Positions 1-10,594 of a stretch of DNA of 64,000 bases are shown piece by piece. The DNA comes from an uncultured bacterium (lineage in GTDB: Bacteria; Verrucomicrobiota; Verrucomicrobiia; Limisphaerales; UBA8199): positions 96,001 to 160,000 of the forward strand of contig CAVVMW010000015.1 in NCBI GenBank assembly GCA_963749495.1, in the 5' to 3' direction. The notes below the pieces were generated by a model. It did not search any database. It was given only the letters and a program-made list of their open reading frames with translations, and was not told the origin of the DNA. Position numbers and translations under genes: made by a program. Position 1 is the first letter of the stretch. Each line of letters starts with the position of its first letter.

Positions 1-2003
1 CAGCCAATCGCATGACCGGGAGGTCCAGGAGATCCTCGAGTTGGCGCGCCACGACCGGTGGGAAGAGGCCCAGACCAAGGCCAAGGCCCTCTTCCAGAGA
101 GACCCCAAGAACACCATCGTCTCGCGCATCCATGCCTGGGTCAACCAGCAGGCCCAATTGCGCCGCGCCCAGGCGCTGGAGGACAAGATCCGCGAAATCG
201 ATGCCAAGAACTCCGTCTTCAGTCCCACGCTCAAGAGCCTGCTGACCGGGCAGAAGGACCGCGGCCTGCCCCCGCGCAAGGACGTGCGCGACGCGGTGGA
301 CAAGATCGAGAGCACCCCCTACATCCCGGATACCTACGGCAAGACCATTCATGAGCAGGGACCGCTCTTCGACTTCGAGAGCGTCAAGGGCCGCATGTTC
401 AAGGTCCTGGAGAAGGAGGTCAGCATCAACCTGGACAATGTCCCGCTGGAGACCATCCTGGTCCGCCTGAGCCAGGAGGCCGGCGTGAACATCGTGGCCG
501 ACAAATCGCTTCCCGCCCTCAAGCAGGTCCTGGGCGTACACCTGGCCAAGGTCAAACTGAGCGAGTTCTTCCGCTACATCGCCCGGAACTACGACTTGCA
601 GTTTCAGACCGGGCCGAGCTGGTGTGGGTGGTGGACGCCAAAGACCCCAAGCACATCATGGAAGAGACCCGCTTTTACCGCTTGCGCAAGGGCTTCATGC
701 TGCCGGCCGAGCTCGGCCCGAGGAAGTGAACCGGACGAGCCAGGTGGGCGCCACCGCGGGCACCACCAACATCATGGAACTGACCAAGCTCAACCGCTTC
801 GTCAATGACGAGGCCCCCGCCGTGCCCTCGCTCGAACGGGCCATCAAAGAGTTGTGCGTTGCCACCAACGGCCTCAAGTATATGATCGATTACGAGCGCA
901 ACCTGGTGGTGGCGCGCGGCACGCCCGAGCAACTGGAGATGCTCGAAAAGATCATCCGCGAGTTCGATCAACCCATCCAGCAGGTCCTCATCGAGGCCCG
1001 GTTCGTCACCATCTCCAAGCCGGCCTTCATGCAGTTGGGCGTGTTGTGGGAAACGGGCCGCAATCCCAACACGACTCCCCTGGCCCAGGATTTCACCGGC
1101 CTGGTGGGCAACAACAACTTTCCCCTCACCATCGCCCCCGGCCAGAGCGCCGCTCCGGCCGTGGGCCTCGGCGTCCAGGAGACCTTCACCAAGGTCCTGG
1201 GCGCCGAGGACCTCAGCGCCACCATCAGCGCCCTCGAGCAAAGCGGCGAGAGCCAAACCCTCAGCGCCCCGCGCTTGACCGTCCTCAATAACCGCCCCGC
1301 CACAATCAGCGACGGCAAGGTCCAATATTACTACGAGGAATACGCCGTCAAACAAAACGTCGGGCTATACTACACCACCTCCTCCTTTGTCCCCAGCGGC
1401 AAACCCACCAAGATCACCGCCGGGGCCGAACTGGCCGTGATGGCCAGTATCAGCGGCGATGGCAAAAGTATCGTCCTGGCCCTCAACCCCCGCGTCAATA
1501 CCGACGTGCAACTGGTCACCTACGCCACCGTGAGCGACTTTGACCAGACCGGAAAGCTCCAGGACACTTTCGATATCAACCTCCCCCAATTTCGGACCCA
1601 GGAAATCCGCACCCGCATGGTCGTCAAGTCCGGCGAAACCGTCGTCATGGGCGGGGTCCTCGAACGCGAGCGCTCGACCTACGTCGAGTCGGTGCCCGTC
1701 CTGGGTGACATCCCCGTGCTGGGCAACCTCTTCCGCCGCACCACCGAGGTCAATACCCCCCGCTACCTCCTCATCTTCGTCACCGCCACCATTGTCAAGG
1801 ACACGGGCCAGTTCCTCGTCTATGACGAATCCGGCGCCTCCACCAACGCGATCTCGACCAACGCGATTCCCACCGGCCTGATGCCAACCAACGCACCCGC
1901 CCCTGTGGCCTCTCCGGACAGCGTCACCCCGGCCAACCCGCCTCCGCCCAGTGCCGCCCCTTCCACTCCGGCCGACACCAACGCCGTGCCGCCACCCAAA
2001 TGA
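1..2003 (+). CDS. Type II secretion/type IV pilus secretin (GspD/PilQ family), 5'-truncated by the window edge, two frameshifts (~612, ~720)
   Basis: STN-like domain (VSINLDNVPLETILVRLSQEAGVNIV), N3 domain (RNLVVARGTPEQLEMLEKIIREFDQPIQQVLIEARFV) and secretin signature (VKSGETVVMGG..VPVLGDIPVLGNLF). The bridging frame reads ELVWVVDAKDPKHIMEETRFYRLRKG. Confidence 0.9.
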
Positions 2004-2009
2004 ATCGCT

Positions 2010-3820
2010 GTGTCCAATTTCCTCTCCAGGTTAAGGCTCGGGCAGGTTGACCCGCCCATCCGGAGGGTGCTGGCGCTGGACCCGGGGAGCCGCTGCCTCA
2101 AGCTGCTGCTGGCGGAGAGCGATTTCGGCCGGCTGCGCATCCTCAAGGAGGAATTGATCGATCTCCAGGCGGAGGGCCTGGTGTCGGCCGACGAGACCAA
2201 GGCCCACCTGCAGACGATCCTCTCCGATTGGGGCCGGCCGCCGCTGGCCCTGGCGCTGCCCCAGCACCTCACGATCTCGCAAACCATCGAGTTGGCTGCC
2301 GCCCCGGAAACCGAGGTCCGCAAACTCATCCATGACGAAATCCTCAAACTGAGCGGCGTCAGCGAGTCACGCATTGTCTATGACTTTGTGCGCACCCAGA
2401 CTGCCGCCAGCGGCCGGCAGCAATTCCGGGTGACGCTCTGCCAGGAGAACGACGTGCGCGAGCGTCTCCTGCGGCAGGGGATCGACCAGGAAGACCTGTG
2501 CGAAATCACCAACACGGCCAATGCCCTGGTCAATGCCTACCGGGCCCTCTGCCCGCTCTCTTCGCGCGCCATTCTCATTCACCTGGGCGCACAGACTACC
2601 GTCGTGGTCATCCTGCTGGACGGCCAGGCCGCTTTCGCTGCCAGCTTTCAGATGGGCGGCGATTTCTTCACCCGCTCCCTGGCGCGCACACTGGCCTGCT
2701 CCGAGGAGACTGCCGAATCGGTCAAACGCCAGCGTAATCTCCTGGGCGGGGCGGATGCCTGCCCCGAATTCCTCCCGGTGGTCGATGGCTGGGTGGCCGA
2801 GGTGAAACGGCAATTGAATGACTGGTTCCAACACAACCCGGCGCTGGCCGCCGAGGTGGCCTCTTCGAGCTCATCGCCAGCGGCGGCGGCTTTGACCAAC
2901 CCGGCTTGCTCGAGTATCTCCAGGCCGAGGCGCGGCTCAAGTTCCGGCCCTGGCCCAGGCCGAGCCAGGCCGAAACCGTCGCCCCGGCCAGGGGCTTCGA
3001 GGTGGCATTCGGCGCCGCCCTCCAAGCCCTGGGCCACAGCGTTCAGCCCGTCTCGCTCCTGCCGGAGGATTATCGGGCCAACTGGCAAAAGCGCCTGGTC
3101 CGCCAGCGCATCAACTTGGCCAGCCTGGTCATGGTCCTGGTCTGCGCCCTGCTCCTGATCATCGGCACCTGGCAGAAGATCTCGCTCGGCAGCTACAAGA
3201 GCGGCCTCCTGGCCAAAGTATCCGCCAGCCGGGAGAGTGTCCGCAGCATCGACGGGCTCACGGGACAATTGCTGGCGCAATACCAGGACCTTCGCCCGCT
3301 CCTGGCAGGCCAGCAGTTCACCATCAATGCCCTCAACACCCTGGCCCTGCTGCAGCAGTCCCGCAGCAATCGCAGTCTGTGGTACGTTCTGCTCGCCGAC
3401 CAGCAATCTTACTTCCTGGGGCCCGCCTTCACCTTGACCAATAAACCCCCCGGCACCAATCTCCCCGCCAAACCCCTTTTCGCCGAGCTTGGTCCCGCTG
3501 CAAATCCCTCTCTCGCCAGGCCGGGCCTCATCGCCGAACTGTGCGTCCCGGAAACACCCGACACCGCCCGCGGCATCCTTAGCGAACTGGTCAACGATCT
3601 GAAACGGCAGCCCCTCTTCTCGAAGGTGGACCAACTCTCCGAGGACCAGCGACGGGGTCTGGCCAATCCCAAAGTCGTCGTCCCCAACCGGCATTTCGTC
3701 CTCGAGCTGGATTTTGCGGCCGCCGACTTCGAGCAACCCCTGCCGGCCAAGCGCCCGCCCGCCGCACCGCCCGGCTCCCGCGCACCCGCCTCCGCCGGCA
3801 GGACCGGGCCCCACCGATGA
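2010..3820 (+). CDS. PilM-like actin-fold protein fused to a PilN-like TM/periplasmic domain, frameshift ~2863
   Basis: LALDPGSRCLK, IHLGAQTT and MGGDFFTRSLA motifs; continues in another frame as FELIASGGGFDQPGLLEYL, then a TM helix and a periplasmic domain. Confidence 0.75.
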
Positions 3821-4674
3821 TCTTCAAGCTCCAGGAATACAAACGCCGCGCCATCCTCCCCTTTGCCGGGCTGGTCCTGGCAGGCTATTATGTCCTGGTT
3901 TTCCTGCCGCTGGCCCATCACACAAGGGGCCTGGATGCCCCGTTGCAGCAGCAGTGGAACGGCCTGGCACTCTCGCTGGGCCTGACCAACACCGATACCC
4001 TGGATTTTCAACGCATCACCAACCAACTCAGTCAGACCCGCCAGGCCCTGGCCCGGCTCCAGGAGGCCCGGAAGAAGGCCGCCGCGCGCTTCGACCTGGG
4101 CTCCGCCTTGCGCGCCAAAATGAACCCGCCCTTCCAGCTCTATGAGTTCGAGTACGAGCGCGGCAAGCGGAGGGACGAGTTGGCCGGCCTGGCCAAGGCC
4201 CGGCAAGTGGCCCTCGACGCCCCCGTGCTGGACGGTTTGCCCGAATACACCCTCGATGTGCGGCAGCCCGCCCTGCTCTGGCCGGCCCTGGCGATGGTCA
4301 ATGGATTCCTCAACCTGGCCGTTGAGTCCAAGGTCAGCGCCATTCACTGCCTGGAATCGTCCTTGGCCTTCACCAATGCCTGGACTCCATCTTCGGCCTC
4401 GCCATCCAGTTCGAGCGGCAGCGCCGCGGCTCGTGTGGCTCCAATTCCCTTTCAAGTCGAGTTGACCGGACCGGTGGCCGGGGTGCTCCGGCTGCTCCAG
4501 GGCCTGCCGTTGCGGGAGGAGGAACTGCGCGCCGTCGGCTTCACCAACGCCCCCGCCGGCAAGTTGCCGCTCCTGCTCGACCGGCTCATCATCCGCAAAC
4601 AATCGCCCGACAAACCCGACGAGGTCCGCGTTGCTTTGCGCCTCGTCGGCTTCGTCTTCCAGGACTGGCGATGA
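3817..4674 (+). CDS. PilO/GspM-like inner-membrane assembly protein
   Basis: N-terminal TM helix, coiled coil, ATGA overlaps with both neighbours, position in the operon. Confidence 0.55.
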   Translation: MIFKLQEYKRRAILPFAGLVLAGYYVLVFLPLAHHTRGLDAPLQQQWNGLALSLGLTNTDTLDFQRITNQLSQTRQALARLQEARKKAAARFDLGSALRAKMNPPFQLYEFEYERGKRRDELAGLAKARQVALDAPVLDGLPEYTLDVRQPALLWPALAMVNGFLNLAVESKVSAIHCLESSLAFTNAWTPSSASPSSSSGSAAARVAPIPFQVELTGPVAGVLRLLQGLPLREEELRAVGFTNAPAGKLPLLLDRLIIRKQSPDKPDEVRVALRLVGFVFQDWR

Positions 4675-5198
4675 GACCTGCCCTCATCCAGACGTTGCGG
4701 AGCCGCTCGTTCGGCAGCCTGGTGCACCTGGGCCTGTGGTTGCTCCTCTACCTGGCCGTGGCTGGCCTCGGCGGCAAGGCCCCGGGCTTGCGGGAAGTCC
4801 ATTCCACCGACGCCCCGACCCCGAACCTGTTGCCCGCCGCGCGGCTCCAGCGCCTCTTTGCGCCGGATGTCTGGCCGGCATTCCCTGCCCAAACCAACAC
4901 CCTGAACCCCTTCTTCACCCGCTACTTCATCCCGGTCCAGCAGCCTCCGGCCCCGCCGCCCACCACCCGCGATATCGAGCTGACCTACTTGGGCTTTTTC
5001 CAGGTCGCCGACGGCCCCAAATACGCCATGGTCAAGATGGGCGAGGCCTTCCTGGTCGCCCAGATCGGCTCCAATCTCACCGCCAACCTCTTTGCCGCCC
5101 GTGCCTCGGCCACCAACCTGACCTTGACCAATCTCACCGCTCAAACCAACCTGCTCCAGCTCAACACTACCAATCAACTCAAAGTGCCCATCCGATGA
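4671..5198 (+). CDS. PilP/GspC-like assembly protein
   Basis: N-terminal TM helix, NPF motif, then ELTYLGFF..YAMV beta domain; ATGA-coupled to the ATPase. Confidence 0.5.
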   Translation: MRPALIQTLRSRSFGSLVHLGLWLLLYLAVAGLGGKAPGLREVHSTDAPTPNLLPAARLQRLFAPDVWPAFPAQTNTLNPFFTRYFIPVQQPPAPPPTTRDIELTYLGFFQVADGPKYAMVKMGEAFLVAQIGSNLTANLFAARASATNLTLTNLTAQTNLLQLNTTNQLKVPIR

Positions 5199-6940
5199 AC
5201 GCAAGCCCCGGAGCGGCCCAGAAAGAAGCCGGCAACCTCCTCCTGGCCCAAGGCAAGCTCTCCGAGCAGCAGCTCGAACAGGTCCGCCGACGTCAGCGCC
5301 GGCTCAACCTGCCCCAGCACCGCGCCATCGTTGACCTGAACTTCGCCTCGGAGGAAGATACCTGGCGCGCCCTGGCGGCCGCCAACCACCTCGATTTCGT
5401 GGACCCCGTTGCCCTCGACCTGGGCCGCGCCACGCTGGACCTTGTCCCCATCAAGTTCATCCTCCACTACCACCTCCTGCCAGTGGGCGCCGAGGCCGAT
5501 GGCCTGATCCTGGCCTTCACCGAACCGCCACGCCAGATGGAACAGGCCCTGGGCCTGGTCCTGGGCAAACGCTTCCGCGCCGTCCTGGCCACCCCCAGCT
5601 CCATCCACGCCGTCATCAAAAAACACTTCGGCCTGGGCGCCGAGACCATCCAGAAATTGCGCGAGGAGCGCGGCGGCGGCGAACTCACCCAGGAAATCGT
5701 CTTCAACGTCCAAGGCAAGGAGACCGATTCCGCCCTCGAAGCCACCGTCTCCGCCTTCGTCGACCAGATCCTCAACGAGGCCCTCCGCCTCAAGGCAACC
5801 GACATCCACCTGGAGCCCTACGCCAACTCGATCCGCCTGCGCTACCGCATCAACGGCTTCCTCGAAAATGTCCCCCTCCCGGCCGATATGCACCTGCTCC
5901 ACTCGGCCGTGGTCTCCCGGCTCAAGATCATGGCCGGGCTGAACATCGCCGAGAAACGGCTCCCTCACGATGGCCGCATCGCCATGAAAACCGGCGAGGA
6001 GGAGTACGACTTGCGGGTCTCGATCATGCCCACCAAGTACGGCGAAGCCGTCTGCCTCCGCATCCTGGGCCGGCAGAGCCTGTTCCTGGACCTCGGCCAG
6101 CTTGGCATGGAACCTAACCAGGAGGCCCTCTTTGCCCAGTTGATCGGCCTGCCCCAGGGCCTGGTCCTGCTCACCGGCCCTACCGGCAGCGGCAAGACCA
6201 CCACCCTCTACACCGCCCTGGCCCAGGCCAACGACGAAAAACGCAAGATCGTCACCTTCGAGGACCCCATCGAATACCAACTCGAGGGCACTGTCCAAAT
6301 TCAGGTCCGCGACCAGATCGGCCTCACCTTCGCCACCGGCCTCCGCTCCGTCCTGCGCCATGACCCCAACGTCGTCCTGGTCGGCGAAATCCGCGACTTC
6401 GAGACCGCCGAGATCGCCGTGCGCGCCGCCCAGACCGGCCACCTGGTCTTCTCGACCCTCCACACCAACGACAGCATCGGCGCCGTGACCCGCCTGCTCG
6501 AAATGCGCATCGAGCCTTATCTCATTGCCGCCTCGCTGGTCTGCAGCCTCTCCCAGAGACTGGCCCGGCGCATCTGCCGCCACTGCGCCGAACCCAACCT
6601 CGCCATCCCGGACCACACCCGCCAGGAAATGGCCGCCGCCCTGGCGCTGCCGCCCCAGGAGGTCCGCGCTTGGAAGGGCCGCGGGTGCGTCGAGTGCAAC
6701 CAACGCGGCTACCGCGGCCGCGTCGCCATCTATGAGTTCTTCCTCCTCGACGAGGCCGTGGCCAACCTCATCCGCCCCGGGCTCCGCACCGCTGAACTGC
6801 GGCAGGCGGCACGCCGGCTCGGCTGGCGCTCGCTCCGTGACATGGCCTGGCTCAAAGTCCAGCGCGGCCTCATCCCGATTACCGAACAGGACCGCTGGAC
6901 CCGGCTGATCGACCCGGCGGCTTTGGCCCAGAAACACTGA
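5195..6940 (+). CDS. gspE: GspE/PulE/PilB family secretion ATPase
   Basis: ATDIHLEP, Walker A GPTGSGKTT, TFEDPIEY, LRHDPNVVLVGEIRD, GHLVFSTLHTND and CxxC..CxxC; ATG at 5195 overlaps the upstream stop. Confidence 0.92.
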   Translation: MNASPGAAQKEAGNLLLAQGKLSEQQLEQVRRRQRRLNLPQHRAIVDLNFASEEDTWRALAAANHLDFVDPVALDLGRATLDLVPIKFILHYHLLPVGAEADGLILAFTEPPRQMEQALGLVLGKRFRAVLATPSSIHAVIKKHFGLGAETIQKLREERGGGELTQEIVFNVQGKETDSALEATVSAFVDQILNEALRLKATDIHLEPYANSIRLRYRINGFLENVPLPADMHLLHSAVVSRLKIMAGLNIAEKRLPHDGRIAMKTGEEEYDLRVSIMPTKYGEAVCLRILGRQSLFLDLGQLGMEPNQEALFAQLIGLPQGLVLLTGPTGSGKTTTLYTALAQANDEKRKIVTFEDPIEYQLEGTVQIQVRDQIGLTFATGLRSVLRHDPNVVLVGEIRDFETAEIAVRAAQTGHLVFSTLHTNDSIGAVTRLLEMRIEPYLIAASLVCSLSQRLARRICRHCAEPNLAIPDHTRQEMAAALALPPQEVRAWKGRGCVECNQRGYRGRVAIYEFFLLDEAVANLIRPGLRTAELRQAARRLGWRSLRDMAWLKVQRGLIPITEQDRWTRLIDPAALAQKH

Positions 6941-6970
6941 TCTGTTTTTGGCGGGGACCCAGGGCGGCGG

Positions 6971-7116
6971 CCTACTGCACCCGACTTTGGACGACTTCCG
7001 TATCTTTGTCGCAGCCTTTGTCGAAGCCTTTGTCGAGCTCAGCCCGATTTCGACAAAGGACTCGACAAAGGCTGCGACAAAGGTCGTGAACGTCGCTCAA
7101 AGTCCGGTGCAGTAGG
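6971..7116. repeat. MITE-like palindrome with inverted 12-bp unit arrays (CTTTGTCG../CGACAAAG..), copy A
   Basis: Ends CCTACTGCAC...GTGCAGTAGG; three CTTTGTCG units face three CGACAAAG units. Confidence 0.9.
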
Positions 7117-7164
7117 GCGGCGTTCGAGACTTGCCTGCGCACCCGACCAGCATAGACTCTGGCC

Positions 7165-8172
7165 GTGAGTTTGCATTTTGTGGGACAATTCCCCGAGTAT
7201 CGCCCCCGCCGGCTGCGCCAATCGCCGCTGCTGCGGGAGATGGTGCGGGAGACGCGCCTGCACGCAGGGCAGTTGGTCTGGCCGATGTTCGCGCGCGGCG
7301 GCAAGAAACTGCGCCGGCCCATCGCGGCCATGCCGGGGGTCTTCCAACTCTCCCCGGATGAGCTGGTGCGTGAAGCGGCCCAGGCCCACGCGCTGGGCGT
7401 CCCGGCGGTGCTGCTCTTCGGCATTCCGGACGCCAAGGACGAGCAGGCCTCCGGTGCTTACGCCGCCAAGGGCATCGTCCAGCAGGCCGTGCGGCTCCTC
7501 AAGAAGGAACTGCCACGCCTGCTCGTCATCACCGATGTCTGCCTCTGCGAGTACATGTCCCACGGCCATTGCGGCATCGTGCGCCCCAACCCGGCCGGGG
7601 GCGAAATCCTCAACGACCCCAGCCTCAAGCTCCTGGCACGCGCCGCCGCCAGCCACGTCGAGGCCGGCGCCGACATCGTGGCGCCCAGCGACATGATGGA
7701 CGGCCGCGTGCGGGCCATACGCGCGCAACTGGATCAACTGGGTTTCATCAATACACCTATACTTTCCTATGCCGCCAAGTTCGCCTCGGCCTTCTATGGC
7801 CCGTTCCGCGAGGCCGCCGAATCCGCCCCGAAATTCGGCGACCGGCGCAGCTACCAGATGGATGCCGCCAACGCCAACGAGGCCCTGCGCGAGGTGGCCC
7901 TCGACATCCAGGAAGGGGCCGACATCGTCATGGTCAAGCCCGCCCTGGCCTACCTGGACATCCTCCACCGCGTCAAAACCGAGTTCGGCTATCCCACCGC
8001 CGCCTACGCCGTCAGCGCCGAATACTCCATGGTCAAGGCCGCCGCCGCAAACGGCTGGATCGATGAGCGGGCCGTCACCCTGGAGAGCCTCCTGGCCATG
8101 CGCCGCGCCGGCGCCGACATCCTCATCACCTACGCCGCCCCCCAGGCCGCCAAGTGGCTAAGAGAAGGCTGA
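7165..8172 (+). CDS. hemB: Porphobilinogen synthase (delta-aminolevulinate dehydratase)
   Basis: DVCLCEYMSHGHCG zinc site, APSDMMDGR, SAFYGPFR, DIVMVKP. Confidence 0.97.
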   Translation: MSLHFVGQFPEYRPRRLRQSPLLREMVRETRLHAGQLVWPMFARGGKKLRRPIAAMPGVFQLSPDELVREAAQAHALGVPAVLLFGIPDAKDEQASGAYAAKGIVQQAVRLLKKELPRLLVITDVCLCEYMSHGHCGIVRPNPAGGEILNDPSLKLLARAAASHVEAGADIVAPSDMMDGRVRAIRAQLDQLGFINTPILSYAAKFASAFYGPFREAAESAPKFGDRRSYQMDAANANEALREVALDIQEGADIVMVKPALAYLDILHRVKTEFGYPTAAYAVSAEYSMVKAAAANGWIDERAVTLESLLAMRRAGADILITYAAPQAAKWLREG

Positions 8173-8203
8173 AGGCTGAAGGCTGAAGGCTAAAGGCTAA
8201 AGG
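8165..8203 (+). repeat. Heptamer tandem array (AAGGCTR)x5
   Basis: Read directly; the hemB TGA stop lies at the start of the array. Confidence 0.9.
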
Positions 8204-8284
8204 ACCGAGCCGACGTGCCCTGGCGCACCGCATTCCGACACCGCCCGCAAATTCCTTTGCCCGCGCGGAGCGCGGCACTCTCCG

Positions 8285-8431
8285 AGCCCCGAAGGGGCGG
8301 CAAGATAATAGCCCAGGGCAAGGCCCGCCGGAGCGCAGCGCAGGCGGGCCGCCGCCCTGGGTACTGGACAAAAACAAATCACCCCCCTCCCATGCGCTCT
8401 GAGCGCATGGGAGGGGGGAAGGGGGGTGGGG
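8285..8431. repeat. Stacked REP-like hairpins
   Basis: GCCCCGAAGGGGC, CCCAGGGC..GCCCTGGG and CCCCCTCCCATGCGCTCTGAGCGCATGGGAGGGGG inverted repeats. Confidence 0.7.
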
Positions 8432-8516
8432 TTCTCTCCACACTCGGCGGGGCAGTGACAGGATGCGCCGCAGGCACGCTCTCTCACTCCTTTAGCCCTT
8501 TTTCGCCTTCCTTTCG

Positions 8517-9035
8517 TCAGCGCGTATTAGACTGGAGGATCATGTACACGATCACCCCGATTAGCACGACGGCGAAGGCAGCGGCGGCGGTCCAGAAGAT
8601 CCGGTTGGCCTTGTTGGTCTTCTTGGCGAAGCCGCTGCTGGCGGTGTCGAATCCGCCGGCTCCAGTGCCGTGCTCGACCAGTTCGTTGAGGCTCACGCCC
8701 CGTTGCATCACCATGGTCTGATCCAGCTTCTTGGACGGCCCCGGCACGGTGTCGGGCTCCAGCCGCATTTCCACCTGGCCCAGGCGCACGATCTGACCCG
8801 GTTTGATGGCGGCCTCGCTGACCCGTTCCCCACCGACGTAGGTCCCGTTGGTCGAGTTGAGGTCGCGGACGAGGACCTCGTTCCCCTTGAGCACGACCTC
8901 GCAATGATGGCCGGAGACTGAGGGCTCCGCCACCTGGAAGGTGTTGTCCTCGAGGCGGCCGATGGTGGTCTTCTGGGCCTTGAGTTCATGAGTCCGGCCG
9001 GTCATGCCCACGCTCAGGAGAACGAGTTTCGCCAT
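8517..9035 (-). CDS. FHA domain protein with C-terminal membrane anchor
   Basis: TIGR..VSGHHC..DLNSTNGT FHA motifs; C-terminal TM helix. Upstream TTGACT-N16-GATAAT promoter-like site. Confidence 0.9.
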   Translation of the reverse strand: MAKLVLLSVGMTGRTHELKAQKTTIGRLEDNTFQVAEPSVSGHHCEVVLKGNEVLVRDLNSTNGTYVGGERVSEAAIKPGQIVRLGQVEMRLEPDTVPGPSKKLDQTMVMQRGVSLNELVEHGTGAGGFDTASSGFAKKTNKANRIFWTAAAAFAVVLIGVIVYMILQSNTR

Positions 9036-9105
9036 AGTAATTACTAGTTAGCGCGATTATCGCCATGGATCTGCCCAAGTCAAACGGAAATGCAGCAGCC
9101 GGTTA

Positions 9106-9217
9106 AAGGCTGAAGGCTAAAGGCTAAAGGCTAAAGGCTAAAGGCTAAAGTACGGACCCTGCGCTCCCCAGCCTCCCCGCCTCAGCCTTTAGCCTTTAGC
9201 CTTCAGCCTTTAGCCTT
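9106..9217. repeat. Inverted heptamer arrays (AAGGCTR)x6 / spacer / (YAGCCTT)x5
   Basis: Read directly; abuts the carA stop codon. Confidence 0.92.
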
Positions 9218-10375
9218 TTATTGTCGCGCCTGGATCATCGCGCGGAATTGGGCGAAGAGCGGTGTGGAGTCGTGCGGCCCGGGAGAGGCCTCCGGGTGAT
9301 ATTGAACACAGAACATCGGCCGGGTCTTGTGGCGCATCCCCTCGACCGTTTGGTCGTTGAGGTTGATGCGGTCCACCAGGACCTCGGAGGGCAGCGACTG
9401 CGGATCGACTGCGAACCCGTGGTTCTGCGCGGTGATCTCGACCCGTCCCGATTCCAGGTCCTTGACGGGCTGGTTGGCGCCCCGGTGCCCGAACTTGAGC
9501 TTGAAGGTACGGCCCCCGACTGCCTGGCCCACTATCTGGTGCCCGAGGCAAATGCCGAAGATCGGGATGCCAGTCCGCAGCAGGTCGCGCACCGCCTGCA
9601 CCGCGTAGCCCAGCGCCGCCGGGTCTCCGGGACCGTTCGAGAGAAAAATCCCCGCCGGCTTGTACCGGAGCGCCTCGCCGGCCGGGGTGCCGGCCGGCAC
9701 CACCTGGACGCTGAACCCGTGCTGCCGCAAACGGCGCAGGATATTGTACTTCATCCCGTAGTCGTAGGCCACGATGGGGACATCCGCAGCCGGCAATGCT
9801 ACCCTGGCTGCCGGTCCCTGGCCCTGGACGCCCTGCGCCAGGCTGAACTGCCTGCTCCGCTCCCCGGTCTGGTCCCACAAAAAGCCCTCTTTGTGCGTCA
9901 CCGCCTGCACGTAATCCACTCCGGCCAGCCCGGGCCACTCCCTGGCCTGCCGCACCGCCTCCTCCTCCGAAACGCCCTCCGTGGAAATAAACCCGTTCAG
10001 GGCCCCTCGCACCCGCAGCTTCTTGGTCAGCGCCCGCGTGTCGATGCCCTGGATGCCGGGGATGGCGTTCCGCTCCAGGTATTCCCCCAGCGAGCAGTCC
10101 GCACGCCAGTTGCTCACCACCGGCGACAATTCACGAATCGCAAACCCCGCCACGTGCGGCCGCCACGATTCCACGTCCTCCCCATTCACCCCGTAGTTGC
10201 CAATCAGCGGATAGGTCATCGTCACTATCTGCCCCTTGTACGACGGGTCTGTGAGAATTTCCTGGTAACCCGTCATCGAGGTGTTGAAACAGACCTCGCC
10301 GCAGGCCGAGGCGCGCGCGCCAAAACCGCTGCCGTGAAACACCGAACCGTCTTCCAATGCCAAAATTGCGTTCAT
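9218..10375 (-). CDS. carA: Carbamoyl-phosphate synthase small subunit
   Basis: [10 protein letters not shown] start, [41 protein letters not shown]. Confidence 0.97.
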   Translation of the reverse strand: MNAILALEDGSVFHGSGFGARASACGEVCFNTSMTGYQEILTDPSYKGQIVTMTYPLIGNYGVNGEDVESWRPHVAGFAIRELSPVVSNWRADCSLGEYLERNAIPGIQGIDTRALTKKLRVRGALNGFISTEGVSEEEAVRQAREWPGLAGVDYVQAVTHKEGFLWDQTGERSRQFSLAQGVQGQGPAARVALPAADVPIVAYDYGMKYNILRRLRQHGFSVQVVPAGTPAGEALRYKPAGIFLSNGPGDPAALGYAVQAVRDLLRTGIPIFGICLGHQIVGQAVGGRTFKLKFGHRGANQPVKDLESGRVEITAQNHGFAVDPQSLPSEVLVDRINLNDQTVEGMRHKTRPMFCVQYHPEASPGPHDSTPLFAQFRAMIQARQ

Positions 10376-10594
10376 CCGGATGACGCGGTTGATCCAGTGT
10401 GCACGGTGCAATTCAAGTACAATCAGTTGCTCCGCCAAACTCATAAATGATCGGGTCGTCTGACCCGCCTCTAATTTAAGCACTTCGTCCTTCCATGTCG
10501 AGGGCGGAATTTCCGTCGTGGAAAACCAATAACGCGCCGCCGTCCGCACCAGCCCCGCCAGGTTCTCCTGCTTCATCATCTCCGCCCTCCATTT

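Noticed and set aside
2666..2678. CTTCACCCGCTCC match to the tRNA-Gly 3' end as the second att site
   Set aside because: Only 13 bp, inside the conserved GGDFFTRSL coding motif of PilM; likely coincidence.
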